From contig JAVBKJ010000011.1 of the NCBI GenBank assembly GCA_031554075.1, positions 1-62,586 of the forward strand: a stretch of 62,586 bases of DNA, given 5' to 3'. This stretch comes from Oscillospiraceae bacterium (GTDB lineage Bacteria > Bacillota > Clostridia > Oscillospirales > UBA929). Positions within the stretch are counted from its first letter, which is position 1. Each line of letters starts with the position of its first letter. Shown here piece by piece: positions 1-10,053 of this stretch. The position numbers and the translations under genes are program-made. The notes beneath the pieces are model-generated. The model was given only the letters and a program-made list of their open reading frames with translations, searched no databases and was not told where the DNA came from.

Positions 1-1
1 A

Positions 2-850
2 ATTAAACCTTCTCACTTACAAGCCTTTTATACTAACCTTCAAGAAGTTGGTATTAACGCAAAAACGGGTGGAAAGTTGTCAGCTTCATCGGTAGCGCAT
101 TATCATCGGCTGCTATCCAGTATGTTTACCAATGCAGTGCAAATGGGTATTCTTTCTGGCAATCCCGCAGCGCGTGTGCGTCCCCCTAGAATTGAACAGA
201 CCGAAGCCATCAATCTTTCGGAAGAGCAAGCGGCGACACTCTTAAAAGCCTTGGAAGATGAACCCATACAGTTTCGCACAATGGTTACCTTACTTTTGTA
301 TGTGGGCATGAGAAAGTCGGAGTTACACGGACTAAAATGGCAAGACTTAAACAATAAAACAGGTGTATTGCATATTGAACGAGAGCTGCAATATATACAA
401 AGACAAGGGCTAATTATAAAACCCCCAAAAAATAAAAGTTCCCAACGGGCGGTTAAGCTTCCGTTGGGAGTGTTGGAGATATTGAAGCAATATCGGGCCT
501 GGCAAAGCCAGGGGCAGCTGGCAGTAGGTGAATTATGGCAGGGGGAAGGGTGGATATTCACTCAGCCAGACGGCAAGCCACGACACCCAGATAGCTTACC
601 AAAGCAATTCAAAGCCTTTTTAACGCGTGCAAATTTACCCAAAGCCATCCACTTGCACACACTTCGTCATAGTTGTGCATCATTTCTGATAGCATCAGGT
701 GTGGACTTGCGCACTGTATCAAAGCGGCTAGGTCATTCGACGTCGGTTACCACACAAGTTATCTATGCCCATCAAATTCGTTCAGCAGATGAAGCCGCCG
801 CAGACGCCTTAGATTTAATTTTAAGTAGGGCATCATCACAAAACATTTGA
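2..850 (+). CDS. Tyrosine-type site-specific integrase/recombinase, 5'-truncated by the window edge
   Basis: The frame of ORF 77..850 stays open back to nt 2 (IKPSHLQAFYTNLQEVGINAKTGGKL...). The C-terminal HTLRHSCASF...LGHSTSVTTQVIYAH fits the R-H-R-Y catalytic pattern of phage-type integrases. Confidence 0.9.
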   Translation: MKPSHLQAFYTNLQEVGINAKTGGKLSASSVAHYHRLLSSMFTNAVQMGILSGNPAARVRPPRIEQTEAINLSEEQAATLLKALEDEPIQFRTMVTLLLYVGMRKSELHGLKWQDLNNKTGVLHIERELQYIQRQGLIIKPPKNKSSQRAVKLPLGVLEILKQYRAWQSQGQLAVGELWQGEGWIFTQPDGKPRHPDSLPKQFKAFLTRANLPKAIHLHTLRHSCASFLIASGVDLRTVSKRLGHSTSVTTQVIYAHQIRSADEAAADALDLILSRASSQNI

Positions 851-886
851 CTACTATTTGACTACTACTTGACTACTACGACTACC
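847..886 (+). repeat. 11-bp tandem direct repeat, about 3.6 copies (TTGACTACTAT / TTGACTACTAC / TTGACTACTAC / GACTACC)
   Basis: Read directly. The array starts inside the integrase stop codon region and has a period of one helical turn. Possible arm-type recombinase or excisionase binding array. Confidence 0.8.
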
Positions 887-995
887 TTAAAGCACGATAA
901 AAAAGGAAGTTTTGCAAGAGACAAACAGGCTACAACAGTTGCAACGCAACGGTTTACTAGAAATTAGTGGAGGCTACAAAGGGTATACTTGCCAA

Positions 996-1040
996 TTTGT
1001 AATCAGCAGGTCGGGGGTTCAAATCCGTCCACCAGCTCCA
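996..1040 (+). tRNA. tRNA-Thr(UGU)-like 3' fragment (anticodon loop to CCA), not a complete gene; probable att core
   Basis: Parsed as TTTGTAA loop (anticodon TGT), TCAGC, AGGTC, GGGGG-TTCAAAT-CCGTC T-arm (one G-G mismatch), CACCAGC acceptor strand, T, CCA. The complementary 5' acceptor GCTGGTG and a D-arm are absent upstream. The 5' anticodon-stem strand (GCCAA) pairs at only 3 of 5 positions. Confidence 0.5.
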
Positions 1041-1047
1041 CGAAAAA

Positions 1048-1082
1048 CCCTTACAGCCGCAATGGTTGTAAGGGTTTTGTTG
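1048..1082 (+). terminator. Rho-independent terminator following the tRNA-like 3' end
   Basis: CCCTTACA-11 nt loop-TGTAAGGG followed by TTTTGTTG. Confidence 0.6.
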
Positions 1083-1197
1083 TGCCCATTTTCCCTTGTG
1101 TTTTCAACCCCCAAATCCCCAATGACCCCGAAACTACAAATTGGATCATCCTAGTCGCTAGGTGGGGGATGCCGCGCCTAGCTATTTCGCAAATAGT

Positions 1198-1785
1198 TTA
1201 ATCGTTTATGCCCTTACCGTCCAAAATTTGTGGAATCAATTTCTCAATTCGTGAAGTGCGGGTCGCAGCTTGCTTTGCCCCTGAAAAATGCAATATATAT
1301 GCTCTTTGTCGTCCGGGTGTTAATGCTTCAAATGCTAGTTGTAATGCCGAATTTTCCTCAAATTTTGCAAGTAGTTCCTCGGGATATTCAATTTCTGTCT
1401 TGGCTTTAAAGGCTACCTTTAGACCCGCCTGTTCAGCTTCGATTGCTTCTTGAATATATGCTTTTATCATTGGTTCTTTTTCGGCAATGTCCTCAATGGT
1501 TGTGAATTGAATGACACGTGCAGACTGAGAATTTTCGCCTGGTTTGCTTAAAATCCCTGCCGAATCGGTAAGCAGTGCGCCTTTAAAAAAAGAAAGAACA
1601 CAACAATCCTTATACTCGCCGATAATGACGATGGCACTGCCCTCGAACGTATAGCACGGCTGTCGCCATTTAAGTTCTTCCACCAAGGGACTTTCGAGCA
1701 TAATGGTGCGGAGAGCTTCCATTTCTGCCCGCCATCTTTTTGCGTTGGTAAAACAATCATCCACCAAATGGTTTGCGTTTCGCAT
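1198..1785 (-). CDS. DUF1801 / YdeI-family (OmpD-associated) protein
   Basis: 195 aa. The C-terminal FEALTPGRQRAYILHFSGAKQAATRTSRIEKLIPQI is typical of the YdeI domain. GGGAGG RBS upstream. Confidence 0.7.
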   Translation of the reverse strand: MRNANHLVDDCFTNAKRWRAEMEALRTIMLESPLVEELKWRQPCYTFEGSAIVIIGEYKDCCVLSFFKGALLTDSAGILSKPGENSQSARVIQFTTIEDIAEKEPMIKAYIQEAIEAEQAGLKVAFKAKTEIEYPEELLAKFEENSALQLAFEALTPGRQRAYILHFSGAKQAATRTSRIEKLIPQILDGKGIND

Positions 1786-2081
1786 ATTACATACCTCCCA
1801 ATACTAAACAATAATAATTTTCGCCAAGAGTAACCCTGTCGGTTCGTCTCATTTTCCGATAATCCATGTGCCACAGGTGGTTCTATCGCGGTTTCATGCT
1901 TATGAAACTTGAGGATGCAAGCGTGCCATGCTCAGTTAGCATACGCTGAAAGTCAGCCAGCAGCGTGTCAGCAATTCTGTAGGGTATAGTTTGCCCTGAT
2001 TTTCGAAAATACAAAGTACTGTATAGTATTATCGAAGCACAGGCGTTTTTTATTAACGTTATTATCACCATCAAACATAAT

Positions 2082-2138
2082 ATCCTCGTAATGCGCCAGA
2101 CGTTTCCATCTGGTGCTATTACGAGGATATCGTTTTTT
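2082..2138. terminator. Long interrupted hairpin downstream of the giant SLH protein gene (terminator-like)
   Basis: ATCCTCGTAAT ... ATTACGAGGAT (11 bp) with an inner CCAGA/TCTGG stem. A T-run (TTTTTT) follows on the plus side; the T tract on the minus side is weaker. Confidence 0.4.
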
Positions 2139-2169
2139 GTACTTGTAGTTAGGAGGTCTTCGTTGATAA

Positions 2170-5100
2170 TCAGTTGCTGTAGGCTAGCCTATTGGTAATC
2201 TTTTGCTCCCATGTCGCAAAGTATTCCTTGGCGCGCCCTAAAATTGATTTTGTGGATTCCACGGTCGTTACAAAAGCGGACTTTAGTGTCACGGCGATTG
2301 TCTTTTTCCACGTTTCGCGTGCACCAGTCTTTTCAAATTCGTGACCATTGGCGGCTTCTGCAATTTCATAGTACACCGCATCTTTTTTGGTCAAGTCGTG
2401 GAAGGCTTTCAGCCCATTGGTATTGGTGTTGACAAATGCTGTGTCAGCATTTCGACCCAACATGCTGTTGACAATGATGACGGCTTCAGCGCGGGTTACC
2501 ATGCGTTCAGGCTTAAAGCTGCCGTCATTGTTGATGGGGAACCAACCAAACCCAGACACCTTTTGAATGCTGTTGTATGCCCAATGTGTGGTCGCCACAT
2601 CTGTAAAGGTTCGCGTGCCTAGTGTTGTCGCGGTGGCAAAGCGCTCGCAAATGGCCGCAAATTCAGCACGAGAAATATTTCTATTTGGCTCAAACTTACC
2701 ATTGTTGCCGACTAAAATGCCAAGGCTTGCCAGCACTTCTACATTCTTTTTGTACCAAGCGTTATCTGGCACATCTGTAAAATGATTCGTAATGGTCACG
2801 TTTTGATTGTTAAGCAGGCGATAGAAGATGGCAGCCGCCTCAGCGCGCGTGATGTTCTTGGTGGCGTTTACGTTACCGTGATTATCGCCCAAGATATACA
2901 CGAGATGATCCTTTGTATTGAGCAATGTTGACACCCCCGATTTTTCAGGGTACGCCACAAACACAGGAGTCACCAGATAGCTACCCTTTATCGCGGGGAA
3001 GAAGCTGTATTGATTGTTGCCATCGCTTGTGTAGGTGACAGACGTTCCATTAGGGTCAACCACGGTTAACTCGCGCAAGTAGTAGCCGTCGTCTGGCTTG
3101 ACTGTCACCGTTACTTTTTGCCCAATCATAATGACTGAAGGGGTGACACTAATCGTACCACTTGTTGTGTTAGGGTCGAGCTTTATGATCGCGTCAGCGG
3201 GTGAAATTGTATCGCTACCACCAGAGGAGGGTGTTGGGGTTGGTGGCGTTGGTGGTACAGTATTAGAATAGGCTAGGGCATAGGTTGAGAACGTTTTGGT
3301 GTAAATCGTAATAATATCCTGCTCAAAGTCAATCACGATTTTTTCGCCTGCACCATTAGCTGTTGCGGATAGCACATCACTTGTATAAATCGTGCCGTTA
3401 AAGTGACTGCGAATGACACTATAGGCCGCTTTGCCCTTTAGGTTCTCAGGCAGCCATATGGTAGCTTGCACTAACGATGGCAAACTATCTAGCGTTTTGG
3501 CTGGTTGTTTCACACCATTAGCTGTGATAGTAAGCAGTGCTTTTAGGTCAAGATATTGACCCACTGTAAAGCCTGTGGCCACATTGTTGGTGATAACTGT
3601 CTTGTCGGCTGTCAAAATACTTTCACTGGGTGCATCTGATACCATAAATTTCAGCTCAGCTGAACCGTTGTTTTTTACTAACGTTTGCTCGGTAGGACTT
3701 AACCCGTTGAGCAGAGCGTTCATCTGCTCATCCAGCTTGCCAACGACAACGTCAACGCCGCCAATAACTTCGAGCTTCGTGTTTAAGAAATAATCGGGAA
3801 TCGTGGCGTTGTCGGTGTATTCACCGCCTGTTACGGTGATAACGCGCGTGACGACATGCCCATCGGTCGTTGTTATCACAATGTTGTAGCTGCCAGGCGG
3901 TACGGCGGTAAATTCATAATCACCACTACCGTTTGTCGCCGTTGGTGCCACTATTGTCTCATCGCCGCGCTTTAGCTCAACCGTTGCGCCGACAATTGCA
4001 ATCGGGGTGGGCGTTGTGCTGTCTGTTACATGACCGCTAATGCTAGAACTATTAAGCCATTTAGGTTGCAGTGTCACGTTGCCATTTGGCATCGTATACA
4101 CACCGCCGCTTGGATACGTGTGTGTGCCATCTGTCCAACCACCGAATACCTTGCCAGCAGGAGGTGTCAAAACGCTGGCAGGTGGCAACTGGAAGGTGTA
4201 CCCAGGGGCGTGCGCTAGCTCGGTTGGCGCTGTGCCGATAAAGCTACCGCCAACACCTGGGCTAAAGGTGACTGTGCCCGTTGTCGTCGTCGCGGGTGTT
4301 GCTGTCGTTGCTGTTGTCGTAGGACCAACCACGACAGTCTTCGAGGGGTCAGTGTTGGGTACACGGACAGCTACTTCGTATTCCTTACCAGCCACTAGCC
4401 CAGGGAAGGTCAGATCAGTGCTGCCACTGCCTGTTTTCCATTCACCGACTGGTTTCCCTGTTATGGGGTCGATAATAGCGTACTCGTACGTGGGATTTGT
4501 GGGGTTCACAGTAATACTATTGGTGGTCGTTCCCTTTACGTCAGCATGGGACAAGGGTAACGTTGGGGTAACAATGGATACACCCGGTTTAGCGGGTAAT
4601 GAGGGGTCGGCGGTATTTGTGCCTGTTGGTACTTCAATGACTTTATAGGTTTTACCGGGGTCTAAGCCTGTAAAAGTTAGGGAATCGCCTTTGTCATCAT
4701 TGTTGCCGTCTGTTGAGGTTTGCCAGCCGTTTGTGCCGCCAGCAGTCGTAACGATGGCTCCAGTTTCATCCACCACGGCGTATATATATCCCTCATTTGT
4801 GGGATTCACGGTGATACTTGTCTTACTGCCTGTGATCACTGCACCCGTTACAAGCGGGAATTTTGTGACAGCTGGCTTTAGCGCACTACCGTCTGTGGTG
4901 GGAATGTCTCGATAGTCTACCTTAGGGATGGTCACCGTTGCGTCTGTAATCTTAGGTCTATCTACGACCACATAATCCTTGCCGGGGAGCAACGGCGAAA
5001 ATGTGATTGCGCCGCCCGCTGGATTGGTAATCCACTGTCCGTCTATGACATTCCCTGTGTCTGGGTCAACCACTGCGTAATCATAGCTTGGATTCGTTGG

Positions 5101-8100
5101 ACTAATGGTGATGCTCTTATCAGTCGTGCTTTCCACTGTGACGGGGAGTTGCGTGGCAGGGGTCACAATGCGCACGCCGCCATCTGGCTTGATGTCACCA
5201 ACACCAGTAGGTTGGGTAGCTTTATGTTCTTCTGTAACAACACGATAGATATGGTTAGGGTCGAGCGGACCAAAGGTCATATCGCCATTAGTCCCTACAT
5301 GCCATGCCGCACCATCTGTGCTGATGATTTTGCCTGTCGTTTCGTCCACGATAGCATAGTCGTAGTCACTATCTGTGGGGCTAACAGTGATGTAGGTTTT
5401 GTCAGCAGGGTAGGGTGTACCATTGCCCATGCCAGCCTTGACATCGACAAAGGGGGTGACAACCGATATGCCCGGGAGTGCATACAGTGCCTCGTTATCC
5501 CCTGTTGCAATTTCGCGGGCGACAACAATGTACTCCTTGCCAGGCAGTAAATTTGGAAACTTTACTTCGCTGGGGGCAGTTGTGTCTGACAGCCACTCCG
5601 AGCCAGTGTTAACAATCTTACCTGTGTCGGGGTCGATAATGGCGTACTCAAAGTCTTTATTGGCTGGCTTGATTTCAATAAAGGCTTTTGACGAATCGCT
5701 AGGGTCTAGCCCCTTGCTAATATCGGTCACCCGAGGGGGCGACACAGGTGCAATAACCACCGTACCTGTTGGGTTTGTGATAGGTGAGGTGGGGTGTGGG
5801 TCTGCCTTAGGCACAGTAATCACCGTGTACTCACCGCCTGGTACAACTGGCGTAAACGTTATCGAGCCACCTGAAACGTTTGTTTGCCAGCCGCCAGCGC
5901 CGCCAGCAGAAGTGACAATGGTACCGTTCTTATCCACTAACGCGTAGTCGAGATTTGGACTGGTACGTTCAATGGTAATGCTGGCAGTATCGTCTTCTGT
6001 CATAGGTGTGTTCTTTGTGTTAATCGCGGCGGTGAATGTCATTCGAATCTCATCAATAGTCGCTCTGCAAATGTCTAAGACATCCAACAGGTCGCCGTAT
6101 TTGGCTGTGCCAGGGACTAGTGCAGCGGCATCTGTCTTTGCCTTAGCAATGGCAGCCTCGATGAGAGTCCATTCCTCTGGGGTAAAGTCAGCTTGATTCA
6201 GCTCGGATTTCATGCCATCAAGCACGCCAGCATAATCAAGTCTGGGGTCGCCGTTTGTGTCATTTACACTAAATGTGTAATCTCCAATGGTGATAACTGG
6301 TGCTGGGTTGGCGTTTTGCTTGTGTTCGATTGTGACGTCTGTGCGATAGTCGCCACCAACAACACGATCACCGCTGTAAATTTCAATGTCACGCCCTGGG
6401 ATGACTTGTGTGGGGTCGATTGTGACATTATGTACCACGTAAATAGGGTGAGTATTGTCTGCTTTTTTGGCAGCGTCGTCAACGGTGGCATACCCAAAGG
6501 TATGCTTAACGTCTGCGTCAGGCTCAACCATAAAGCCAATACTTGTGCTATTGGAGGCTATCAATTTGTTGTTAGTTACGTCCTGTACTAGGGTGGTATT
6601 GGTGTTGACAATTTTGACACGCCCAAAACTGTCCGAAGCGTCCTTATTTGCATCGCCGTCATTGTATATGACAACAGGATTATTGCCAAAGCCAGTGCCA
6701 AGATCTACATTAAAGTATCCGCTTTTGATCTTTACCGTCATGTCTATGGGGTGACCTGCATCTAACTTGATTTTATCTGGAATTATCGCCTTTGAGCCAT
6801 CAATTTTCAATGTGCCGTGATTATCAACTGCAATCGCAGCTGTATTGCCAGTGACAATTTTGGTTTGCTCTAATGTGACAGTGCCCAAATTGTCAATGAC
6901 ATCGCCAGCTTTACCATTGCCGTTTAGATTCACGTTGCTTACTGTCAAGCTGCCGCCAGCGACCACATGAATCATGTCGCCCCCGTCAGCTCTCACATTT
7001 TTGAGTGTTGAACCATTAACGCTGGTAAGCGTTGCCGCTTTAGCAGGTAACGTAAGCACTTTTGTAATGTCAACGTCCGCTAACAGCTTGATGACTAAGG
7101 GGTCAGGCGAGGCAAATAACTCCGCCATTGTCTTCCCATTGTTACTCGCCGTATCATCAAAGCTGTCAAACTCATATTTTACGTCATTTGCCGTGATTTC
7201 AATTGCTTTTTTGGGCAAAGGGGTCGCCGTATAGGTTTTTCCTATGGTTGGGATAGCGGTGGAAGCGTTCACGAAGGTACTGCCGCCATCACTGCTCCAT
7301 CCCATACCTGCGCCTGGGTTTGGCAGTGTACCAAAGGTAGTCGTACCTGTGGTTACAAACTCAATGGGCATGACACCAAAGGTATGCGTAACCTTGTCGC
7401 CCAGTTTCAAATACGTACCATCCGTCAACACGCCTTTAGTAGAGGGTAATATGGTAAAATCAGCTTTATCGGGTGGTGTGGTGTTGGTGCTAGACACCAA
7501 GTTTTGCCCATTGGTAGAGCTGCCAGAGGTCGTAATGGTAACAGGCTTATTAATATCCCCTGCCACGTTGATACGACTGGTGGGATTTGTGATATCGACA
7601 TGCAAGTCGTTTACCGTGGCGTCAATGGTAATCTTAGCGCCAGCGGTAAGCGTCGCATTGGGCGTTGTCTTGTCTTCAAAATCAATATCGGTTAGCGTTA
7701 CGGTTACATCACCAGTGGCTTTGATAGATTCAATTGTATGTCCATCGCCGTCAATCGTGATTGACTTATTGATTACGGTTGTCGTGGCGTCGCTTACATC
7801 GGCTAACAACGTTATTGTTTCGCCGACTTTGGCAGCCGTAATCGCGGCATCCAACGAAGTGTAAATTGTACTTCCAATTTTAGCAATAGGAGGGGCATAC
7901 GTTGTAAACTCATATCCGGGGAAGTCAGTTTTGTTAGCGTCAAAACTGCCATCTATAAACTGCGCAATGACTTTATACGTTGTGCCGGGCTTCAACCCTG
8001 CAAAGGTGAGGTCACTGGTGCTGCCTTGCTGCCAGCCTCCCGCCGATATAGTGCCACTGGGTTGCTCAACAAACGCAAACTTAAATGTGTTATCATCAGC

Positions 8101-10053
8101 ATCTGTTGGCTTCAAAGTGGCAGTCACTGATTTGTTATCTGGCAGTAAGACCTGAGTGACTTTATCTGGGTTCACTTGCTTATAGAAGATAATATCAGGG
8201 GTAGATTGTAGAATTACTACATTGTTTCTCTCATTGACAAATTTGGCAAAATCGGTGCTATCGATGGTATAGTCAGCCGCTGGCTTGGCAAAAATGTTTT
8301 TATGCTTACCATTATTTGTGCTGAATGTAATATCGCTTACTAAAGCTGATTTAATTGTCAGATAGGGGTTGCCTGCACCACCTGCGGTTGCTGTTGCTGT
8401 GTTTTCCAAATAGACATTGCTAACAGTTTTGCCCGCAGTGTCCAATGTCCAATTCGGTCCTGTCGGGGCGGTAACGCCTGTGTAGTTATTGCTAATATCT
8501 GTGGTAGCGCCCACCAAAGCGGTGAGCGTGCCTGTGGTTACGCCTGCGTTATTGAGATACAGACCGCCGCCGTTTGTGGCTGCACCGTTGTCTTTAATCG
8601 ATATAATTGTCGTATCCAGCGTAGCAGTGTTTATTATTGTTGCTTTCATAGCCACGCCGCCGCCATTAGGTGCATAGTTTTTTGTAATTGTTGCTGTTTT
8701 GCCAGCACCAACGCTCACAGACCCATTGGCAATATATATGCCGCCACCCATGTCTGTCGCTTTGTTCTGGGACAGCGTGAAGTTTGCTTTATCCAAAAGT
8801 AGTATCCCATGAAGCCCCAACTTGCCTACGCCTATACCACCCCCGTTTGTGGCGGAGTTGTTGCGTATAGTATCTGTTTGTAATGTAAGGGTACAATTGT
8901 TGAAGAAAATACCGCCGCCAGTGACTGCTGTATTGTTTTCAATCGTAACACCGTCTGGTATGGTGATATTCCTGCGAGAACTAAAGCCACCACCTTCTCC
9001 GCCAGTGTTACCCGAAATTATGACGCCTGTCTCAATTGTGACATCAGGAGTGTTTATGCTTATACCGCCAGCACCTACAGTGGCAGTATTCCCTATAATC
9101 TTTGTACCGTTACCAATTTTTGCATATGTAGGGTCATTGCCGTTACCAACTTTGATACCACCAGCATCCTTACCAGAATTATTACGGATTGTGGCGCCGT
9201 TGCAGTATAAGTAGGCTGGGGCTTTATTAGGTACGGAAGACATGCTTATTCCGCCTATGCCATCTTTTGCCGTATTATTTTGTATAATGGTGTTAGCATC
9301 CATGTAAAGTGTAGTCCCTATTGACCCAGATAGCGCAGAACCATCGTAAACATCAGTAGCAAGGGCGTTATCCTGCAGTATCGCACCCTGCAAGCGTAGC
9401 GTAGACCCACTTACTATTCTTACAAGTGTACTTTTAGCAGGCGTGGAAACACCCACCTCGTTCATACCGCTTATTATGATGTCTTTGAAGGTAATGTTAG
9501 GGGTCAAATTATCATAGCCTACAAGAATCATTTGACTTACATTCGAATTGAATGTTGAGTGTTTTTTCACAATAATATTGTGTCCGCCATCCCACACTTC
9601 GTCTTCTTGAAGATATATTGGGTCTTCTACATTGACTGATGTGGCTTTAACGATGTAAATAGTGCCGCCAGTAGAACCAAGTGCCGCCTTTGCCGCAGCG
9701 AAGGTACCTGCAGCATTCGCTATGGATTTTCCATCTTTTGTACCATTTCCGCTTTGTGACAAATACGCCACGCCACTACCAATCGTAAAGCCTGGTGTGT
9801 CCAAGGCAAACGTTGTAAGCATCGGCTCTGGCGCCCCTGTGGCTTCAGTGCTAAACGAAGTTTCGGGGGTTAAGGTAGTATCACTGCTTAGTGAGGTTTC
9901 ACTGCCCATCGAGCCGCCCGCCGTCTCGTCAAACTGCGCAAATGCAAACAAGGGTACTGTAAATAAGAATGCCAATATTAGTGCGGAAATGCGCCCTTTG
10001 TGAAGATTTAGTTTTTGCCGAAGCGCCAAGTGTTTGGGATTGTAACGTTTCAT
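2170..10053 (-). CDS. Giant SLH-anchored cell-surface protein (2,627 aa): signal peptide, parallel beta-helix with GGxI/GGGI repeats, about 7 FN3/Ig-like repeats, Listeria-Bacteroides-type repeat, CarboxypepD_reg-like domain, 3 C-terminal SLH domains
   Basis: N-terminal signal peptide (ALILAFLFTVPLFAFAQ). Repeated NGGGIY/TGGGIF/GAGGIS motifs. Recurring SITVNPTN..YEYAIIDP..G.....LTF.GL.PGK.Y modules. GYTF...GW...Y..........L.PKW repeat. SLH signatures FTDVPDNAWY..., FTDVATTHWAY..., ...ITRAEAAAIFYRLL at the C-terminus. GGAGGG RBS. Confidence 0.85.
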   Translation of the reverse strand: MKRYNPKHLALRQKLNLHKGRISALILAFLFTVPLFAFAQFDETAGGSMGSETSLSSDTTLTPETSFSTEATGAPEPMLTTFALDTPGFTIGSGVAYLSQSGNGTKDGKSIANAAGTFAAAKAALGSTGGTIYIVKATSVNVEDPIYLQEDEVWDGGHNIIVKKHSTFNSNVSQMILVGYDNLTPNITFKDIIISGMNEVGVSTPAKSTLVRIVSGSTLRLQGAILQDNALATDVYDGSALSGSIGTTLYMDANTIIQNNTAKDGIGGISMSSVPNKAPAYLYCNGATIRNNSGKDAGGIKVGNGNDPTYAKIGNGTKIIGNTATVGAGGISINTPDVTIETGVIISGNTGGEGGGFSSRRNITIPDGVTIENNTAVTGGGIFFNNCTLTLQTDTIRNNSATNGGGIGVGKLGLHGILLLDKANFTLSQNKATDMGGGIYIANGSVSVGAGKTATITKNYAPNGGGVAMKATIINTATLDTTIISIKDNGAATNGGGLYLNNAGVTTGTLTALVGATTDISNNYTGVTAPTGPNWTLDTAGKTVSNVYLENTATATAGGAGNPYLTIKSALVSDITFSTNNGKHKNIFAKPAADYTIDSTDFAKFVNERNNVVILQSTPDIIFYKQVNPDKVTQVLLPDNKSVTATLKPTDADDNTFKFAFVEQPSGTISAGGWQQGSTSDLTFAGLKPGTTYKVIAQFIDGSFDANKTDFPGYEFTTYAPPIAKIGSTIYTSLDAAITAAKVGETITLLADVSDATTTVINKSITIDGDGHTIESIKATGDVTVTLTDIDFEDKTTPNATLTAGAKITIDATVNDLHVDITNPTSRINVAGDINKPVTITTSGSSTNGQNLVSSTNTTPPDKADFTILPSTKGVLTDGTYLKLGDKVTHTFGVMPIEFVTTGTTTFGTLPNPGAGMGWSSDGGSTFVNASTAIPTIGKTYTATPLPKKAIEITANDVKYEFDSFDDTASNNGKTMAELFASPDPLVIKLLADVDITKVLTLPAKAATLTSVNGSTLKNVRADGGDMIHVVAGGSLTVSNVNLNGNGKAGDVIDNLGTVTLEQTKIVTGNTAAIAVDNHGTLKIDGSKAIIPDKIKLDAGHPIDMTVKIKSGYFNVDLGTGFGNNPVVIYNDGDANKDASDSFGRVKIVNTNTTLVQDVTNNKLIASNSTSIGFMVEPDADVKHTFGYATVDDAAKKADNTHPIYVVHNVTIDPTQVIPGRDIEIYSGDRVVGGDYRTDVTIEHKQNANPAPVITIGDYTFSVNDTNGDPRLDYAGVLDGMKSELNQADFTPEEWTLIEAAIAKAKTDAAALVPGTAKYGDLLDVLDICRATIDEIRMTFTAAINTKNTPMTEDDTASITIERTSPNLDYALVDKNGTIVTSAGGAGGWQTNVSGGSITFTPVVPGGEYTVITVPKADPHPTSPITNPTGTVVIAPVSPPRVTDISKGLDPSDSSKAFIEIKPANKDFEYAIIDPDTGKIVNTGSEWLSDTTAPSEVKFPNLLPGKEYIVVAREIATGDNEALYALPGISVVTPFVDVKAGMGNGTPYPADKTYITVSPTDSDYDYAIVDETTGKIISTDGAAWHVGTNGDMTFGPLDPNHIYRVVTEEHKATQPTGVGDIKPDGGVRIVTPATQLPVTVESTTDKSITISPTNPSYDYAVVDPDTGNVIDGQWITNPAGGAITFSPLLPGKDYVVVDRPKITDATVTIPKVDYRDIPTTDGSALKPAVTKFPLVTGAVITGSKTSITVNPTNEGYIYAVVDETGAIVTTAGGTNGWQTSTDGNNDDKGDSLTFTGLDPGKTYKVIEVPTGTNTADPSLPAKPGVSIVTPTLPLSHADVKGTTTNSITVNPTNPTYEYAIIDPITGKPVGEWKTGSGSTDLTFPGLVAGKEYEVAVRVPNTDPSKTVVVGPTTTATTATPATTTTGTVTFSPGVGGSFIGTAPTELAHAPGYTFQLPPASVLTPPAGKVFGGWTDGTHTYPSGGVYTMPNGNVTLQPKWLNSSSISGHVTDSTTPTPIAIVGATVELKRGDETIVAPTATNGSGDYEFTAVPPGSYNIVITTTDGHVVTRVITVTGGEYTDNATIPDYFLNTKLEVIGGVDVVVGKLDEQMNALLNGLSPTEQTLVKNNGSAELKFMVSDAPSESILTADKTVITNNVATGFTVGQYLDLKALLTITANGVKQPAKTLDSLPSLVQATIWLPENLKGKAAYSVIRSHFNGTIYTSDVLSATANGAGEKIVIDFEQDIITIYTKTFSTYALAYSNTVPPTPPTPTPSSGGSDTISPADAIIKLDPNTTSGTISVTPSVIMIGQKVTVTVKPDDGYYLRELTVVDPNGTSVTYTSDGNNQYSFFPAIKGSYLVTPVFVAYPEKSGVSTLLNTKDHLVYILGDNHGNVNATKNITRAEAAAIFYRLLNNQNVTITNHFTDVPDNAWYKKNVEVLASLGILVGNNGKFEPNRNISRAEFAAICERFATATTLGTRTFTDVATTHWAYNSIQKVSGFGWFPINNDGSFKPERMVTRAEAVIIVNSMLGRNADTAFVNTNTNGLKAFHDLTKKDAVYYEIAEAANGHEFEKTGARETWKKTIAVTLKSAFVTTVESTKSILGRAKEYFATWEQKITNRLAYSN

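Larger units (their letters stand above)
2..1040. mobile_element. Right-hand end of an integrated element (integrase plus tRNA-fragment att site); the body lies left of the window
   Basis: The integrase gene ends 146 nt before a 45-nt tRNA 3' fragment that has no 5' half. See the separate features. Confidence 0.5.

Noticed and set aside
965-1040. A possible complete tRNA gene ending at CCA (1038-1040).
   Set aside because: No 5' acceptor strand complementary to CACCAGC exists upstream. There is no credible D-arm, and the anticodon stem pairs at only 3 of 5 positions. Only the 3' ~45 nt look tRNA-like. A tmRNA 3'-end parse also fails, because the T-stem would not abut the acceptor.
912-1201. 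ORFs 912..1154 and 989..1201 (80 and 70 aa).
   Set aside because: They read through the tRNA fragment and its terminator, have no RBS, and have low-complexity translations.
1883-2074. ORF 1883..2074 (-), 63 aa, between ydeI-like and the giant gene.
   Set aside because: It has no RBS, no recognisable motif, and starts inside the hairpin region. It could be a gene remnant, but I cannot support that.
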